This document shows positions 39,962-55,912 of a stretch of 64,000 nt of DNA, in pieces. Source of the DNA: Octopus vulgaris (taxonomy: Eukaryota); assembly GCA_951406725.2 (NCBI GenBank), contig OX597828.1:37076001-37140000 (forward strand), read 5' to 3'. Both the position numbers and the translations under genes were made by a program. Each line of letters begins with the position of its first letter. Position 1 is the stretch's first letter. The notes below the pieces were generated by a model. That model was not told the DNA's origin, ran no database searches, and was given only the letters and a program-made list of their open reading frames with translations.

Positions 39962-40190
39962 GGCGGCGAGCTGGCAGAAACGTTAGCACGCCGGGCGAAA
40001 TGTGTAGCTGTATTTCGTCTGCCGTTACGTTCTGAGTTCAAATTCCGTCGAGGTCGACTTTGCCTTTCATCCTTTCAGGGTCGATAAATTAAGTACCAGT
40101 TACGCACTGGGGCCGATGTAATCGACTTAATCACTTTGTCTGTCCTTGTTTGTCCCCTCTATGTTTAGCCCCTTGTAGGCAATAAAGAAA
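39962..40190 (+). mobile_element. SINE family A
   Basis: ggcggcgagctggcagaaacgttagcacgccgggcg...gagttcaaattcc. Confidence 0.9.
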
Positions 40191-40339
40191 AAATCTATAT
40201 GCATACAATTTCCCAGCACCCACACCAGCGCACACACTAGCACTGACTACTTCCCAGCACCTACACCATCATACACACACCTACACATGTACACACATAC
40301 ACGTCAATGTCACCAGCCTTCTTCCACACGCACATACAC

Positions 40340-40622
40340 GCTCTCACATACAGACGCACGCGCACCTTCGTTTTGGGATCATCACTACTTTATTATCTCT
40401 GCTTCTTCCTAGCTCTCCTGTGTGTCCCCTCTGTCCGGCATTCGCCATGATATATCGCTAGCCATTATACTTTTTCTATTTTCTCTCCCTGTTTATTTCT
40501 GCATTTCTTTCTGTCGAAGAGCGTAGGCTAGAAACGTAAAAGTCTTTCTGAGCGTTAAACTAATACATCTGTTTGTTGTTTACACACCCGTCTTCGTCTT
40601 TTGCCTTTTGTAAATTCTCACT
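40340..40622 (+). mobile_element. PLE pseudo-LTR-like fragment with a degenerate HHR motif
   Basis: cttt-CTGTCGA-agagcgtaggcta-GAAAC GTA-aaag at 40507-40542; related to 18612-18810. Confidence 0.5.
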
Positions 40623-40640
40623 ACACACACACACATGCAC

Positions 40641-40677
<37 letters not shown>

Positions 40678-40758
40678 CATATTTATATACAGACTTTCAT
40701 TGATATACATTAAGCACAGACACACACATATATGTATATAATATATATATATATATGA

Positions 40759-40892
<134 letters not shown>

Positions 40893-41550
40893 CCTACCTA
40901 TATGTCTGTCTGTGTGCCTGTCTGTCTATCTCTCTATATTTATATCTATCTTTCTGTTTATCTGTTTGTCTGTCTGTCTATCAACATATATATATGTAGG
41001 GGTCTGCGAATGCATAAATATATATTCGTCATGGTTAGAATGAAGGTGATAGCGTTGATGGCAGTGGTGATGGTGGTGGTAGCAGTGATGAAGATGATAA
41101 TAATGATGTGTCGAAATACGAGGGCGAAGACTGATTTTACTGAGCCTACCGCTTTCATCAATGTTGCTGCTGCTGCTGCTGCTGCTTCTGCTGTTGTTAC
41201 TCCTGCTGATTTCTATTGAATTAATCATTGAAACGCTTATCAATATATTAAGATTATTTTATCGATCTTCGATTCTCGCATGGAATTCCCCGGTCTGATG
41301 ACGTCCAGGAAACTTTCATTCAATCATCTTCAAAAATGGTTTCAGAAAGAAAACAAACAAATAAATAAACAAACAAGTAAATAAATAAATAAATAAATAA
41401 CAAAAGTAAATAATAAAATATCACATGTACAACATTGAATAAGGTCTTCGAGTCTGTTCACGTATGCGAGAAGAATGGACTATAGAAAGAGGGAACATAG
41501 GCGGGGAGAGGGACTACCACCACCACCACCACCACCACCACCACCACCAT

Positions 41551-41607
<57 letters not shown>

Positions 41608-42686
41608 AATAACGATGATGATGATGATGATGATGATGATAATAATAATAATAATAGCAATAACAAATACTGATGATATTAATAAAGGCAGTTTATTTAA
41701 GAAGAAAAAGAGGAGGAGAAGAAGGAGAAGAAGAACAGGAAGGAGAAGGAGGAGGAGGAGGAAAAGAAGAAAACGCAGGAGGAGAAGAACAGGAAGAAGG
41801 AGGAGGAGGAAAAGGAGGAGGAGAAGAAGAAGAAGAAGAAGAGGAAGGTGGAGAAGAAGAAGAACAGGAAGAAGGAGGAGGAGAAGAAGAAGAGGAATAA
41901 AAAGGTGAAGAAGAGGGAGAAGAAGGAGAAGAAGAAGAAGAGGAAGAGGAGGAAAAAAGGAAAAGAAGTAGGAAAGAACAACAACAATGAGAAGAAGATA
42001 CTGATAATGATGAATGAATAATGGATGATGATGGATGGAGATAGAGGGATGGATGAATGTATGGGTGATGACGATGAAGAAGACGAAGATGAACTAAAAG
42101 AAGAGGATGAAGAAGAAAGAAGGAGACGACGGTGATAACGATAATGATGATGATGATGATGATGATGATGCAAAAGACGAAGAAGAGGAAAAGAAGGCTT
42201 GTAAACAAGTAGGAAAGCATGTGAAATGAAAATTGAGAGGAGGGAGAGTAAGAGGAATGGTTGAAATAGAGAGATAATAGGCGAATAACTAGAGGAGGAG
42301 GCAATAATAATCATAAAGGAAGTTCGTTGGTCTGTACCGAGAGACCTGCGTGAAAGCAAGCTGTCGATATAGATATTCACTTATAAGTACATGTGTAATT
42401 AAATTACGGAGTTAATTACTAATACACACATACACGCACACACGCACATTATATGAGGTAATAGTAAATGGATCTCCGTTAGTTACGACGACCAGTATCC
42501 TGTTGTTTGAGCAACCAAATTAGCTAAGCTGCTTCGCAAGTTAAACGTACTGTTAACTTCGTTCAGCCCAGTAAAATAGAAGGTTGGTCTTTTATATCGA
42601 AATATTTTACGCCACGAAACAAAGGCCTTTCATGTCACTTCCCTAAAATTCACTTTGTACACACATATACATACATGGGTAAATAT

Positions 42687-44105
<1,419 letters not shown>

Positions 44106-44111
44106 ATCATG

Positions 44112-44201
<90 letters not shown>

Positions 44202-44282
44202 CCTACCTACCTATATGTCTGTCTCTGTGCCTGTCTGTCTATCTATCTATATTTATATCTATCTTTCTGTCTGTGAATGCAT

Positions 44283-47200
44283 AATACCCCTCTCTGGAAT
44301 GTTGAAGATTTCTAACTCCCCTTTCTCACCTTCCTCCTTCAAATCCCCCTCTCTAGAATGTTAAAGATTTCTAACTGCCCTTCCTCCCCTTCCTCCCTTA
44401 AATCCCCCTTTCTGGAATGTTGAAGATTTCTAACTCCCCTTCCTCCCCTTCCCCCTCTCAAATCCCCCTCTCTGGAATGTTAAAAATTCCTACCACACCT
44501 TCCTCCCCTTCACTTCTCAAATCCCCCTCTCTGGAATGTTGAAGATTCCTACTTCCGCTTCCTCTCTCAAATTCCCCCCTCTGGAATGTTCATCATTCCT
44601 ACCTCCCCTTCCTACCTTTCACTTCTCAAATCCCACTGTCTGGAATGTTCAATATTCCTACCTCCCCTTCCTACCCTTCATTTCTCAAATCCCACTCTAT
44701 GGAATGTTCAACATTCCTACCACCCTTTCCTCCCCTTCACTTCTCAAATCCCCCTCTCTGGAATGTCCAACATTCCTACCTCCCCTTCCTCCACTTTATT
44801 TCTAAATCCCTGTCTCTGGAATGTTCAACATTCCAACCTCCCCTTCACTTCTCAAATCCCCCTCCCTGGATTGTTCAACATTCCTACATCCCCTTCCTCC
44901 CCTTCATATATCAAATCCCTCTCTCTGGAATGTTCAACATTGCTAACTCCACTTCACCTCTCAAATCCCCCTCTCTCGAATGTTCAACATGCCTACCTCC
45001 CCTTCCTCCCCTTCATTTCTCAAATCCCCCTCTCTGGAACGTTCAACATTCCTACCTCCCCTTCCTCCCCTTCACTTCTCAAATCCCCCTCTCTGGGAAG
45101 GTTCTCTTCTCAAATCCCCCTCTCTGGAATGTTCAACATTCCTACCTCCCCTTCCTCCACTTCATTTCTCAAATCCCCCTCACTGGAATGTTCAACATTC
45201 TTACCTCCCCTACCTCTCCTTCACTTCTCAAGTCCCCCTCTCTGGAATGTTCTACATTCCTACCTCCCTCTTCATCTCCATTTCTCAAATCCCCCTCTCT
45301 GGAATGTTCAACATTCCTACCTCGCCTTCTTCTCCTTCACTTCTCAAATCACCCTCTCTGGAATGTTCACTTCTCAAATACCCCTTTCTGGAATGTTGAA
45401 GATTTCTAACTCCCCTTCCTCCCCTCCCCCCTCTCAAATCCCCCTCTCTGGAATGTTAAAAATTCCTACCAACCCTTCCTCCCCTTCACTTCTCAAATCC
45501 CCCTCTCTGGAATGTTGAAGATTCCTACTACCACTTCCTCTCTCAAATTCCCCCCTCTGGAATGTTCATCATTCCTACCTCCCCTTCCTACCTTTCACTT
45601 CTCAAATCCCACTGTCTGGAATGTTCAATATTCCTACCTTCCCTTCCTCCCCTTCATTTCTCAAATCCCACTCTATGGAATGTTCAACATTCCTACCTCA
45701 CTTTCCTCCCCTTCCCTTCTCAAATCCCACTCTCTGGAATGTCCAACATTCCTACCTCCCCTTCACTTCTAAAATCCCCATCCCTGGAATGTTCAACATT
45801 CCTACATCCCCTTCCACCCCTTCATATCTCAAATCCCCCTCTCTGGAATGTTCAACATTTCTACCTCCCCTTCCTCCCCTTCACTTCTCAAATCCCCCTC
45901 TCTGGAATGTTCAATATTCCTACCTCCCCTTCCTCCCCTTCACTTCTCAAATCCCCCTCTCTGGAATGTTCAACATTCCTACCTCCCCTTCCTCCCCTTC
46001 ATTTCTCAAATCCCCCTCTCTGGAATGTTCAACATTCCTACCTCCCCTACCTCCCCTTCACTTCTCAAATACCCCTCTCTGGAATGTTTTACATTCCTAC
46101 CTCCCCTTCATCCCCTTCATTTCTCAAATCTCCCTCTCTGGAAAGTTCAACATTCCTACCTCCCCGTCTTCCCTTTCACTTCTCAAATCCCGCTCTCTGG
46201 AATGTTCACTTCTCAATTCCCCCTCTCTGGAATGTTCAGCATCCCTATCTCCCCTTCCTCCCCTTCATTTCTCAAATCCCCCTCTATGGAATGTTCTACA
46301 TACCTAAATCCCCTTCCCCCCTTCCTTTCTAAAATCCCCCTCCCCGGAATGTTAATCATTCCTACCTCCTCATCTTCCCCTTCATTTCTAACATCCCCAC
46401 TCTGGAATGTTCAACATGCCTACCTCCCCTTCCTCATTTCCTTTCTCAAATCCCCCTCTCTGGAATGTTCAATTTTCCTACCACCCCTTCCCCCCTTCAC
46501 TTCTCAAATCACCCTCTCTGGAAAGTTCAACATTCCTCCTTCCGCTTCCTCCCCTTCATTTCTCAAATCCCCCTCTCTGGAATGTTTAACATTCCTACCT
46601 CCCCCTCCACCCCTTCACTTCTCAAAAGCCCTCTCTGGAATGTTCAACATTCCTACCTCCCCTTCTTCCCCTTCACTTCTCAAATCCCCCTCTCTGGAAT
46701 GTCGAACATTCGTACCTCCCCTCCCTCCCCTTCATTTCTCAAATTCCCCTCTCTGGAATGTTCTACATTCCTCCCTCCCCTTCATCCCCTTCATATCTCA
46801 AATCCCCCTCTCTGGAATGTTAAACAAATCCCCCTTCCCCCCTTCCTTTCTAAAATCCCCCTCCCCGGAATGTTAATCATTCCTACCTCCTCATCTTCCC
46901 CTTCATTTCTAACATCCCCACTCTGGAATGTTCAACATGCCTACCTCCCCTTCCTCATTTCCTTTCTCAAATCCCCCCCTCTGGTATGTTCACTTCTCAA
47001 ATCCCCCTCTCTGGAATATTCAGCATTCCTACCTCCCCTTCCTATCTGAAAACCCCCTTCCTGGAATGTTCATCATTATTATTCCAATTCCTCCCCTTCA
47101 CTTCTCAAATCACCCTCTCTGGAATGTTCTACATTCCTACCTCCCCTTCATACCCTTCATATCTCAAATCCCCCTCTCTGGAATGTGAAACATTTCTACC

Positions 47201-50200
47201 TCCCCTTCTCCCTTTCACTTCTCAAATCCCACTCTCTGGAATGTTCAACATTCCTACCTCCCCTTCCTCCCCTTCATTTCTCAAATCCCCCTCTCTGGAA
47301 TGTTTAACATTCCTACCTCCCCCTCCACCCCTTCACTTCTCAAAAGCCCTCTCTGGAATGTTCAACATTCCTACCTCCCCTTCTTCCCCTTCACTTCTCA
47401 AATCCCCCTCTCTGGAATGTCGAACATTCGTACCTCCCCTCCCTCCCCTTCATTTCTCAAATTCCCCTCTCTGGAATGTTCTACATTCCTCCCTCCCCTT
47501 CATCCCCTTCATATCTCAAATCCCCCTCTCTGGAATGTTAAACATTTCTACCTCCCCTTCCCCCCTTCACTTCTCAAATCCCACTCTCTGGAATGTTCAA
47601 CATTCCTACCTCCCCTTCCTCCCCTTCATTTCTCAAATCCCTCTTTCTGGAATGTTTAACATTCCTTCCTCCCCCTCCACACCTTCACTTCTCAAATCCC
47701 CCTCTCTGGAATGTTCAACATTCCTACCTCCCCTTGTTCCCCTTCACTTCTCAAATCCCCCTCTCTGGAATGGCGAACATTCGTAACTCCCCTCCCTCCC
47801 CTTCATTTCTCAAATTCCCCTCTCTGGAATGTTCAACATTCCTACTTCCCCTACCTCCCATTCACTTCTCAAATCCCCCTCTCTGGAATGTTCTACATTC
47901 CTACCTCCCCTTCCTCCCCTTCATTTCTCAAATCCCCTTCTCTGGAATGTTCAACATTCCTACCTTCCCTTCCTCTCCTTCATTTCTCAAATCCCGCTCT
48001 CTGGAATGTTCACTTCTCAAATTCCCCTCTCTGGAATGTTCAGCATTCCTACCTCCTCTCCTTCCCCTTCATTTCTCATATCCCCCTCTCTGGAATTTTG
48101 TACATTCCTACCTCCCCTTCCTCCCCTTCCTTTCTCAAATCCCCCTCCCTGGAATCATCATCATTCCTACCTCCGCTTCCTCCCTTTCACTTCTAAAATC
48201 CCCCTCTCTGGAATGTTCAACATGCCTATCTCTCCTTCCTCGCCTTCCTTTCTCAAATCCCCCTCTCTGGAATGTTCAACATTCCTTCCTCCCCCTCCTC
48301 CCATTCACTTCTCAAATCCCCGTCTCTGGAATGTTCACTTCTCAAATCCACCTCTCTGGAATGTTCAACATTCCTACCTCCCCTTCCTCCCCTTCCTTTC
48401 TGAAATCCCCCTCCCTGGAATGTTCATCATTCCTATTCCCATTCCCCCCCTTCACTTCTCAAATCACCCCCTCTGGAATGTTCTACATTCCTACCTCCCC
48501 ATCATATCTCAAATCCCCCCCTCTGGAATGTTCAATATTTCTACCTCCCCTTCCTCCCCTTCACTTCTCAAATCCCTCTTTCTGGAATGTTCAGCTTTCC
48601 TATCCCCCTTCCTCCCCTTCTCGTCTCAAATCCTTCTCTCTGGAATGTTCAACATTCCTCCCTCCCCTTCATTTCTCAAATCCCCCTCTCTGGAATGTTT
48701 AACATTCCTACCTCCCCTTCCTCCCCTTCACTTGTCAAATTCCCCTCTCTGGAATGTACTACATTCCTACCTCCCCTTCCTCCCTTCATTTATCAAATCC
48801 CCCTCTCTGGAATGTTCAACATTCCTACCTCCCCTTCTTCCCCTTCACTTCTCAAATCCCCCTCTCTAGAATGTTCAACATTCCTACCAACCCTTCTTCC
48901 CCTTAACTTCTCAAATCCCCCTCGCTGGAATGTTCAACATTCCTACCTCACCCTCCTCCCCTTCACTTCTCAAATCCCCCTCTCTGGAATGTTCAACATT
49001 TCTACTTCCCCTTCTTCCCCTTCACTTCTCAAATCCCTCTCTATGGAATTTTCATTTCTCAAACCCCCCTCTCTGGAATGTCCAAAATTCCTGCCTCCCC
49101 TTCCTCCCCTTCATTTCTCAAATCCCCCACTCTGGAATGTTCAACATTCCTACCTCGCCTACCTCCCCTTCACTTCACAAATCCCCCTCTCTTGAATGTT
49201 CTATATTCCTACCTCCCCTTCCTCCCCTTCATTTCTCAAATCCCCCTCTCTGGAATGTTCAATGTTCCTACATCCCCTTCTTCCCCTTTACTTCTCAAAA
49301 CCCGCTCTCTGGTATGTTCACTTCTCAAATCCCCCTCTCTGGAATGGTCAGCATTCCTACCTCCCCTTCCTCCCCTTCCTTTCTCAAATCCCCCTCTCTG
49401 GAATGTTCAACATTCCTACCTCCCCTCCTTCCCCTTCATTTCTCAAAACTTTCTCTCTGGAATGTTCACTTCTCAAATCCCCCTCAATGGAATGTTCTAA
49501 ATTCCTACCTCCCCTTCCTCCCCTTCCTTTCTGAAAACCCCCTGCCTGGAATGTTCATCATTCCTATTCCCATTCCTCCCCTTCACATCTCAAATCACCC
49601 TCTCTGGAATGTTCTACATTCCTACCTCCCCTTCCTCCCCTTCATATCTCAAATCCCCCCTCTGGAATGTTCATCATTCCTACCTCCCCTTCCACCCCTT
49701 CATTTCTCAAATCCCTCCCTCTGGATTGTTCAACATTCCTCCCTCCCCTTCATCCCCTTCATATCTCAAATCCCCCTCTCTGGAATGTTCAACATTTCTA
49801 CCTCCCCTTCCCTCCTTCACTTCTCAAATCCCCCTCTCTGGAATGTTCAACATTCCTACCTCCCCTTCCTCCCCTTCATTTCTCAAATCCCCCTCCCTGG
49901 AATGTTCAACATTCCAACCTCCCCTTCGTCCCCTTCACGTCTCAAATCCCCCTCTCTGGAATGTTCAACATTCATCCCTCCCCTTCCTCCCATTCATTTC
50001 TCAAATCCCCCTCTCTAGAATGTTTAACATTCCTACCTCCCCTTCCTCACCTTCACTTGTCAAATTCCCCTTCTCTGGAATGTTCTACATTCCTACCTCC
50101 CCTTCCTCCCCTTCATTTCTCAAATCCCCCTCTCTGGAATGTTCAACATTCCTACCTCCCCATCCTCCCCTTCCCTTCTCAAATCCCCCTCTCTGGAATG

Positions 50201-53200
50201 TTCCACATTCATACCTCCCCCTCCCCCCTTCACTTCTCAAATCCCCCTCTCTGGAATGTTCAATATTCCTACCTCCCCTTCCTCCCCTTCATTTCTCAAA
50301 TCCCCCTCTCTGGAATGTTCAACATTTCTACTTCCCGTTCTTCCCCTTCACTTCTCAAATCCCTCTCTCTGGAATTTTCATTTCTCAAACACCCCTCTCT
50401 GGAATGTCCAACATTCCGACCTCCCCTTCCTCCCCTTCATTTCTGAAATCCCCCGCTCTGGAATGTTCAACATTCCTACCCTTCACTTCTCAAATCCCCC
50501 TCTCTGGAATGTTCACTTTTCAAATCCCCCTCTCTGGAATGTTCAGCATTCCTACCTCCCCTTCCTCCACTTCCTTTCTCAAATCACCCTCTCTGGAATG
50601 TTCAACATTCCTACCTCCCCCTCTTCCCCTTCACTTCTCAAAACCCCCTCTCTGGAATGTTCACTTCTCAAATCCCCCTCTCTGGATTGTTCAACATTCC
50701 TACCTCCCCTTCCTCCCCTTCCTTTTGAAAACCTTTCCCTGGAATGTTCATCATTCCTATTCCCATTCCTCCCCTTCACTTCTCAAATCACCCTCTCTGG
50801 AATATTCTACATTCCTACCTCCCCTTCCTCCCCTTCATATCTCAAATCCCTCCTCTGGAATGTTCATCATTCCTACCTCCCCTTCATCCCCTTCATATCT
50901 TAAATCCCCCTCTCTGGAATGTTCAACATTTCTACCTCCCCTTCCCCTTCACTTCTCAAATCCCCCTCTCTGGAATGTTCAACATTCCTACCTCCCCATC
51001 CTCCCCTTCATTTCTCAAATCCCCCTCTCTGGAATGTTCAACATTCCTACCTCCCCCTCCTCCCCTTCACTTCTCAAATCCCCCTCTCTGGAATGTTCAC
51101 TTCTCAAATCCCCCTCTCTGGAATGTTCAACATTCCTACCTCCCCTTCCTCCCCTTCCTTTCTGAAATCCCCCTCCCTGGAATGTTCATCAATTCTATTC
51201 CCATTCCCCCCCTTCACTTCTAAAATCACTCTCTCTGGAATGTTCTATTTTCCTACCTCCCCTTCCTCCTCTTCATATCTCACTTCCTCTCCTTCACTTC
51301 TGAAATCCCTCTCTCTGGAATGTTCAGCATTCCTACCTCCCCTTCCTCCTTTTCACGTCTCAAATCCTTCTCTCTGGAATGTTCAACATTCCTCCCTCCC
51401 CTTCATTTCTCAAATCCCTCTCTCTGGAATGTTTAACCTTCCTACCTCCCCTTCCTCCCCTTCACTTGTCAAATTCCCATCTCTGGAATGTACTACATTC
51501 CTACCTCCCCTTCCTCCCTTCATTTATCAAATCCCCCTCTCTGGAATGTTCAACATTCCTACATTCCCTTCTTCCCCTTCACTTCTCAAATCCCCCTCTT
51601 TAGAATGTCCAATATTCCTACCTCCCCTTCTTCCCCTTCACTTCTCAAATCCCACTCTCTGGAATGTTCACTTCTCAAATCCCCCTCTCTGGAATGTTCA
51701 GCATTCCTCCCCTCCCCTTCCTTTCTCAAATCCCCCTCTCTGGAATGTTCAACATTCCTCCCTCCCCTTCATCCCCTTCATATCTCAAATCCCCCTCTCT
51801 GGAATGTTCAACATTTCTACCTCCCCTTCCCCTTTCACTTCTCAAATCCCCCTCTCTGGTATGTTCAACATTCCTACCTCCCCTTCCTCCCATTCATTTC
51901 TCAAATCCCCCTCTCTGGAATGTTTAACATTCCTACCTCCCCTTCCTCCCCTTCACTTGTCAAATTCCCCTTCTCTGGAATGTTCTACATTCCTACCTCC
52001 CCTTCCTCCCCTTCATTTCTCAAATCCCCCTCTCTGGAATGTTCAACATTCCTACCTCCCATTCTTCCCCTTCACTTCTCAAATCCCGCTCTCTGGAATG
52101 CTCAATTCTTAAATACCCCTCTCTGGAATGTTCAGCATCCTACCTCCCCTTCCTCCCCTTCCTTTTTCAAATCCCCCCCTCTGGAATGTTCAATATTCCT
52201 ACCTCCCCCTCCTCCCGTTCACTTCTCAAATCCCCCTCTCTGGAATGTTCAACATTCCTACATCCCCTTCTTCCCCTTCACTTCTCAAATCCTCCTCTCT
52301 GGAATTTTCACTTCTCAAATCCCCCTCTCTGGAATGTCCAACATTCCTACCTCCCCTTCCTCCCTTTCATTTCTGAAATCCCCCTCTCTGGAACGTTCAA
52401 CATTCCTACCTCGCCTTCACTTCTCAAATCCCCCTCTCCGGAATGTTCTACATTCCTACCTCCCCTTCCACCCATTCATTTCTCAAATCCCCCTCTCTGG
52501 AATGTTCAACATTCCTACCTCCCCTTCTTCCCCTTCACTTCTCAAATCCCGCTCTCTGGAATGTTCTACATTCCTACCTCCCCTTCCTCCCCTTCCTTTC
52601 TCAAATCCCCCTCCCTGGAATCATCATCATTCCTACCTCCGTTTCCTCCCTTAACTTCTAAAATCCCCCTCTTTGGAATGTTCAACATGCCTACCTATTC
52701 TTCCTCGCCTTCCTTTCTCAAATCCCCCTCTCTGGATTGTTCAACATTCCTACCTCCTCCTCCTCCCCATCACTTCTCAAATCCTCCTCTCTGGAATGTT
52801 CACTTCACAAATCCCTTTCTCTGGAATGTTCTACATTCCTACCTCCCCTTCATCCCATTCATTTCTCAAATTCACCTCCCCGTAATGTTCATCATTCCTA
52901 CCTCCCCCTCACTTCTAAAATCCCCCACTCTGGATTTTTCAAAATGCCTACCTCCCCTACCTCCCCTTCCTTTCTCAAATCCCCCTCTCTGGAATGTTCA
53001 ACATTCCTACCTCCCCTTCTTCCCCTTCACTTCTCAAATCCCCCTCTCTGGAATGTTCAACATTCCTACCTCCCCTTCCTGCCCTTGATTTCTCAAATCC
53101 CCCTCTCTGGAATGTTCAACATTCCTACCTCCCCTACCCCCCTTCACTTGTCAAATTCCCCTCTCTGGAATGTTCTATATTCCTACCTCCCCTTCCTCCC

Positions 53201-55250
53201 TTCATTTCTCAAATCCCCCTCTCTGGTATGTTCAACATTCCTACATCCCCTCCTTCCCCTTCACTTCTCAAATCCCGCTCTCTGGAATGTTCACTTCTCA
53301 AATCCCCCTCTCTGGAATGTTCAACATTCCTACCTACACTTCCTCTCTTCCTTTCTGTAATACCCCTCCCTGGAATGTTCATCATTCCTATTCCCATTCC
53401 TCCCCTTCACTTCTCAAATCACCCTCTCTGGAATGTTCTACATTCCTACCTCCCCTTCCTCCCCTTCATATCTCAAATCCCCCCTCTGGAATGTTCATCA
53501 TTCCTACCTCCCCTTCCTCCCCTTCCTTTCTCAAATCCCCCTCTCTGGAATGTTCAACATTCCTACCTCCCCCTCCTCCCCTTCACTTCTCAAATCCCCC
53601 TCTCTGGAATTTTCACTTCTCAAATCCCCCTCTCTGGAATGTCCAACATTCCTACCTCCCCTTCCTCCCCTTCACTTCTAAAATCTTCCTCTCTGGAATG
53701 TTCAACATGCCTACCCCTATTCCTCCCCTTCCTTTCTCAAATCCCCCTCTCTGGAATGTTCACTTCTCAAATCCCTCTCTGTGGAATGTTCTACATTCCT
53801 ACCTCCCCTTCCTCCCCGTCCCCACTTTCAAATCCCCCTCTCTGGAATGTTGAAGATTTCTAATTCCCCTTCCTCGCCTTCCCCATTTTAAATCCTACTC
53901 TCTGGAATGTTGAAGATTTCTACCTCCCCTTTCTCCCTTTCCTCCTTCAAATCCCCCTCTCTTTAATGTGGAAGATTTCTAACTCCCCTTCCTCCCCTTC
54001 CCTCTCTCAAATCCCCGTCTCTGGAATGTTTAATATTCATACCTCCCCTTCCTCCCTTTCACTTCTCAAATCCCCCACTCTAGAATGTTCAACATTCCTA
54101 CCTCCCCTTCCTCCCCTTCATTTCTCAAATACCCCTCTCTGGAATGTTCAACTTTTAACATCCCCATCTTCCCCTTCATTTCTCAAATCCCCATCTCTGG
54201 AATGTTCAACATTCCAACCTCCCCTTCCTCCCCTTCACTTCTCAAATCCCCCTCTCTGGAATGTTCATCATTCCTACCTCCACTTCCGCCCTTTCATTTC
54301 TCAAATCCCCTCTCTGGAATGTTCAACATTCCTACCTCCTCTTCCTTCCCTTCACTTCCCAAATTCCCCTCTCTGGAATGTTCAACATTCCTACTTCTTC
54401 TACCCCTTCATTTCTCAAATTCCCTCGCTGGAATGTTCAATATTCCTTCCTCCACTTTACTTCTCAAATCCCCCTCTCTGGAATGTTGAAGATTTCTAAC
54501 TACCCTTCATCCCCTTCTCCCTCTCAAATCCCCCTCTCTGGAATGTTGAAGATTTCTTCCTCCCCCCTCCTCCCCTTCCATTTCTCAAATCCCCCTCTCT
54601 GGAATGTTGAAGATTTCTAACTTCCCTTTCTCTCTTTCCTCCCTCTCAAATCCCCCTCTCTGGAATGTTGAATATTTCTACCTCCCCTTCCTCCCCTTCT
54701 CACTCTCAAATCCCCCTCTCTGGAATGTTGAAGATTTCTACCTCCCCCTCCTCCCCTTCCATCTCTCAAATCCCCCTCTCTGGAATGTTGAAGATTTCTA
54801 ACTCCCCTTGCTCCCCTTCCTCCTTGAAATCCCCCTCTCTGGAATGTTGAAGATTTCTAACTCCCCTTCCTCCCCTTCCCTCTCTCAAATCCCCTTTCTG
54901 GAATGTTGAAGATTTCGAACGCTCTTTCCTCCCCTTCCCCCTCTCAAATACTCCTCTCTGGAATGTTGAAGATTTCTAACTGCCCTTCCTCCACTTCCCC
55001 CTCTTAAATCCCCCTCTCTGGAATGTTGAAGATTTCTACCTCGCCTTCCTCCCCTTCCCCCCTCAAATCCTTCTCTCTGAAATGCAAAAGAATTCTAACT
55101 TCCCTTCCTCCGCTCCGGCCTCTCATGAAGGTTTCTAACTCCCCTTCTTCCCCTTCCCCCTCTCAATCACCCTCTCTGGAATGTGTAAGATTTCTAATTC
55201 CCCTTCTCAAATCTCCCTCTCTGGAATGTTGAATATATCTACCTCCCCTA
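44283..55250. repeat. About 11-kb minisatellite array with a 59-bp unit
   Basis: Consensus tggaatgttcaacattcctacctccccttcctccccttcacttctcaaatccccctctc; unit starts at 45844, 45903, 45962, 46021 and 46080 give a 59-bp period. Confidence 0.97.
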
Positions 55251-55269
55251 GAATATATCTACCTGTGTG

Positions 55270-55495
55270 TGTATGTGTTTGTGTGTCTGTGTTTGTGTGT
55301 CTGTGTTTATCCCCCTAGCATTGCTTGACAACCGATGCTGGTGTGTTTACGTCCCCGTCACTTAGCGGTTCGGCAAAAGAGACCGACAAAATAAGTACTG
55401 GGCTTACAAAAATAAGTCCCGGGGTCGATTTGCTCGACTAAAGGTGGTGCTCCAGCATGGCCACAGTCAAATGACTGAAACAAGTAAAAGTGAGA
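55270..55495 (+). mobile_element. SINE family B, 3' half
   Basis: cttgacaaccgatgctggtgtgtttacgtccccg...gactgaaacaagtaaaag. Confidence 0.85.
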
Positions 55496-55530
55496 ATAAA
55501 AGAGAGGAAGAGAGAATATTGAATTTAAAA

Positions 55531-55912
55531 AGTCAGTAAATGGCCGACCGACCTTGTATATTCCTCAGGTTACAGCTTACAGCGTTGCAACGAAAGGGAT
55601 TACATCTGCAAATGAATTGCTTGGGGCTATCCACATTGTTGCGCCCTGGAGTAATTGTTTCGGCGTCTTACGATAAACATCGGCATCAGGACGACCTGAC
55701 CTGCGTGATCAATCCTAGACCTGTATCCAAGTGGCATTCTGCAGTCAGTAAATGGCCCACCAACCTGTGTAGTAACTTCCTCAGGTTACAGCTTACAGTA
55801 TTGCAGCGAGAGGGATTACATCTGCAAATGAATTGCTTGGAGCTATCCACATCGTTGCGTCCTGGAGTAAACATCGGCATCAATCTTAGACCTGTGTCCA
55901 AGTGGTATTCTA
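55531..55912. repeat. Diverged tandem duplication, about 210-bp unit
   Basis: ttcctcaggttacagcttacag at 55561 and 55777; the second copy has internal deletions. Confidence 0.85.

Noticed and set aside
41295-41317. CTGATGA...GAAAC core match
   Set aside because: No stem I, II or III pairing and no NUH in register; treated as a chance match.
44536-55232. Many Pro/Ser-rich ORFs up to 518 aa, and a CRISPR-like look of the palindromic unit
   Set aside because: A 59-bp stop-poor unit cycles through all frames. There are no unique spacers or cas genes, and the context is eukaryotic.
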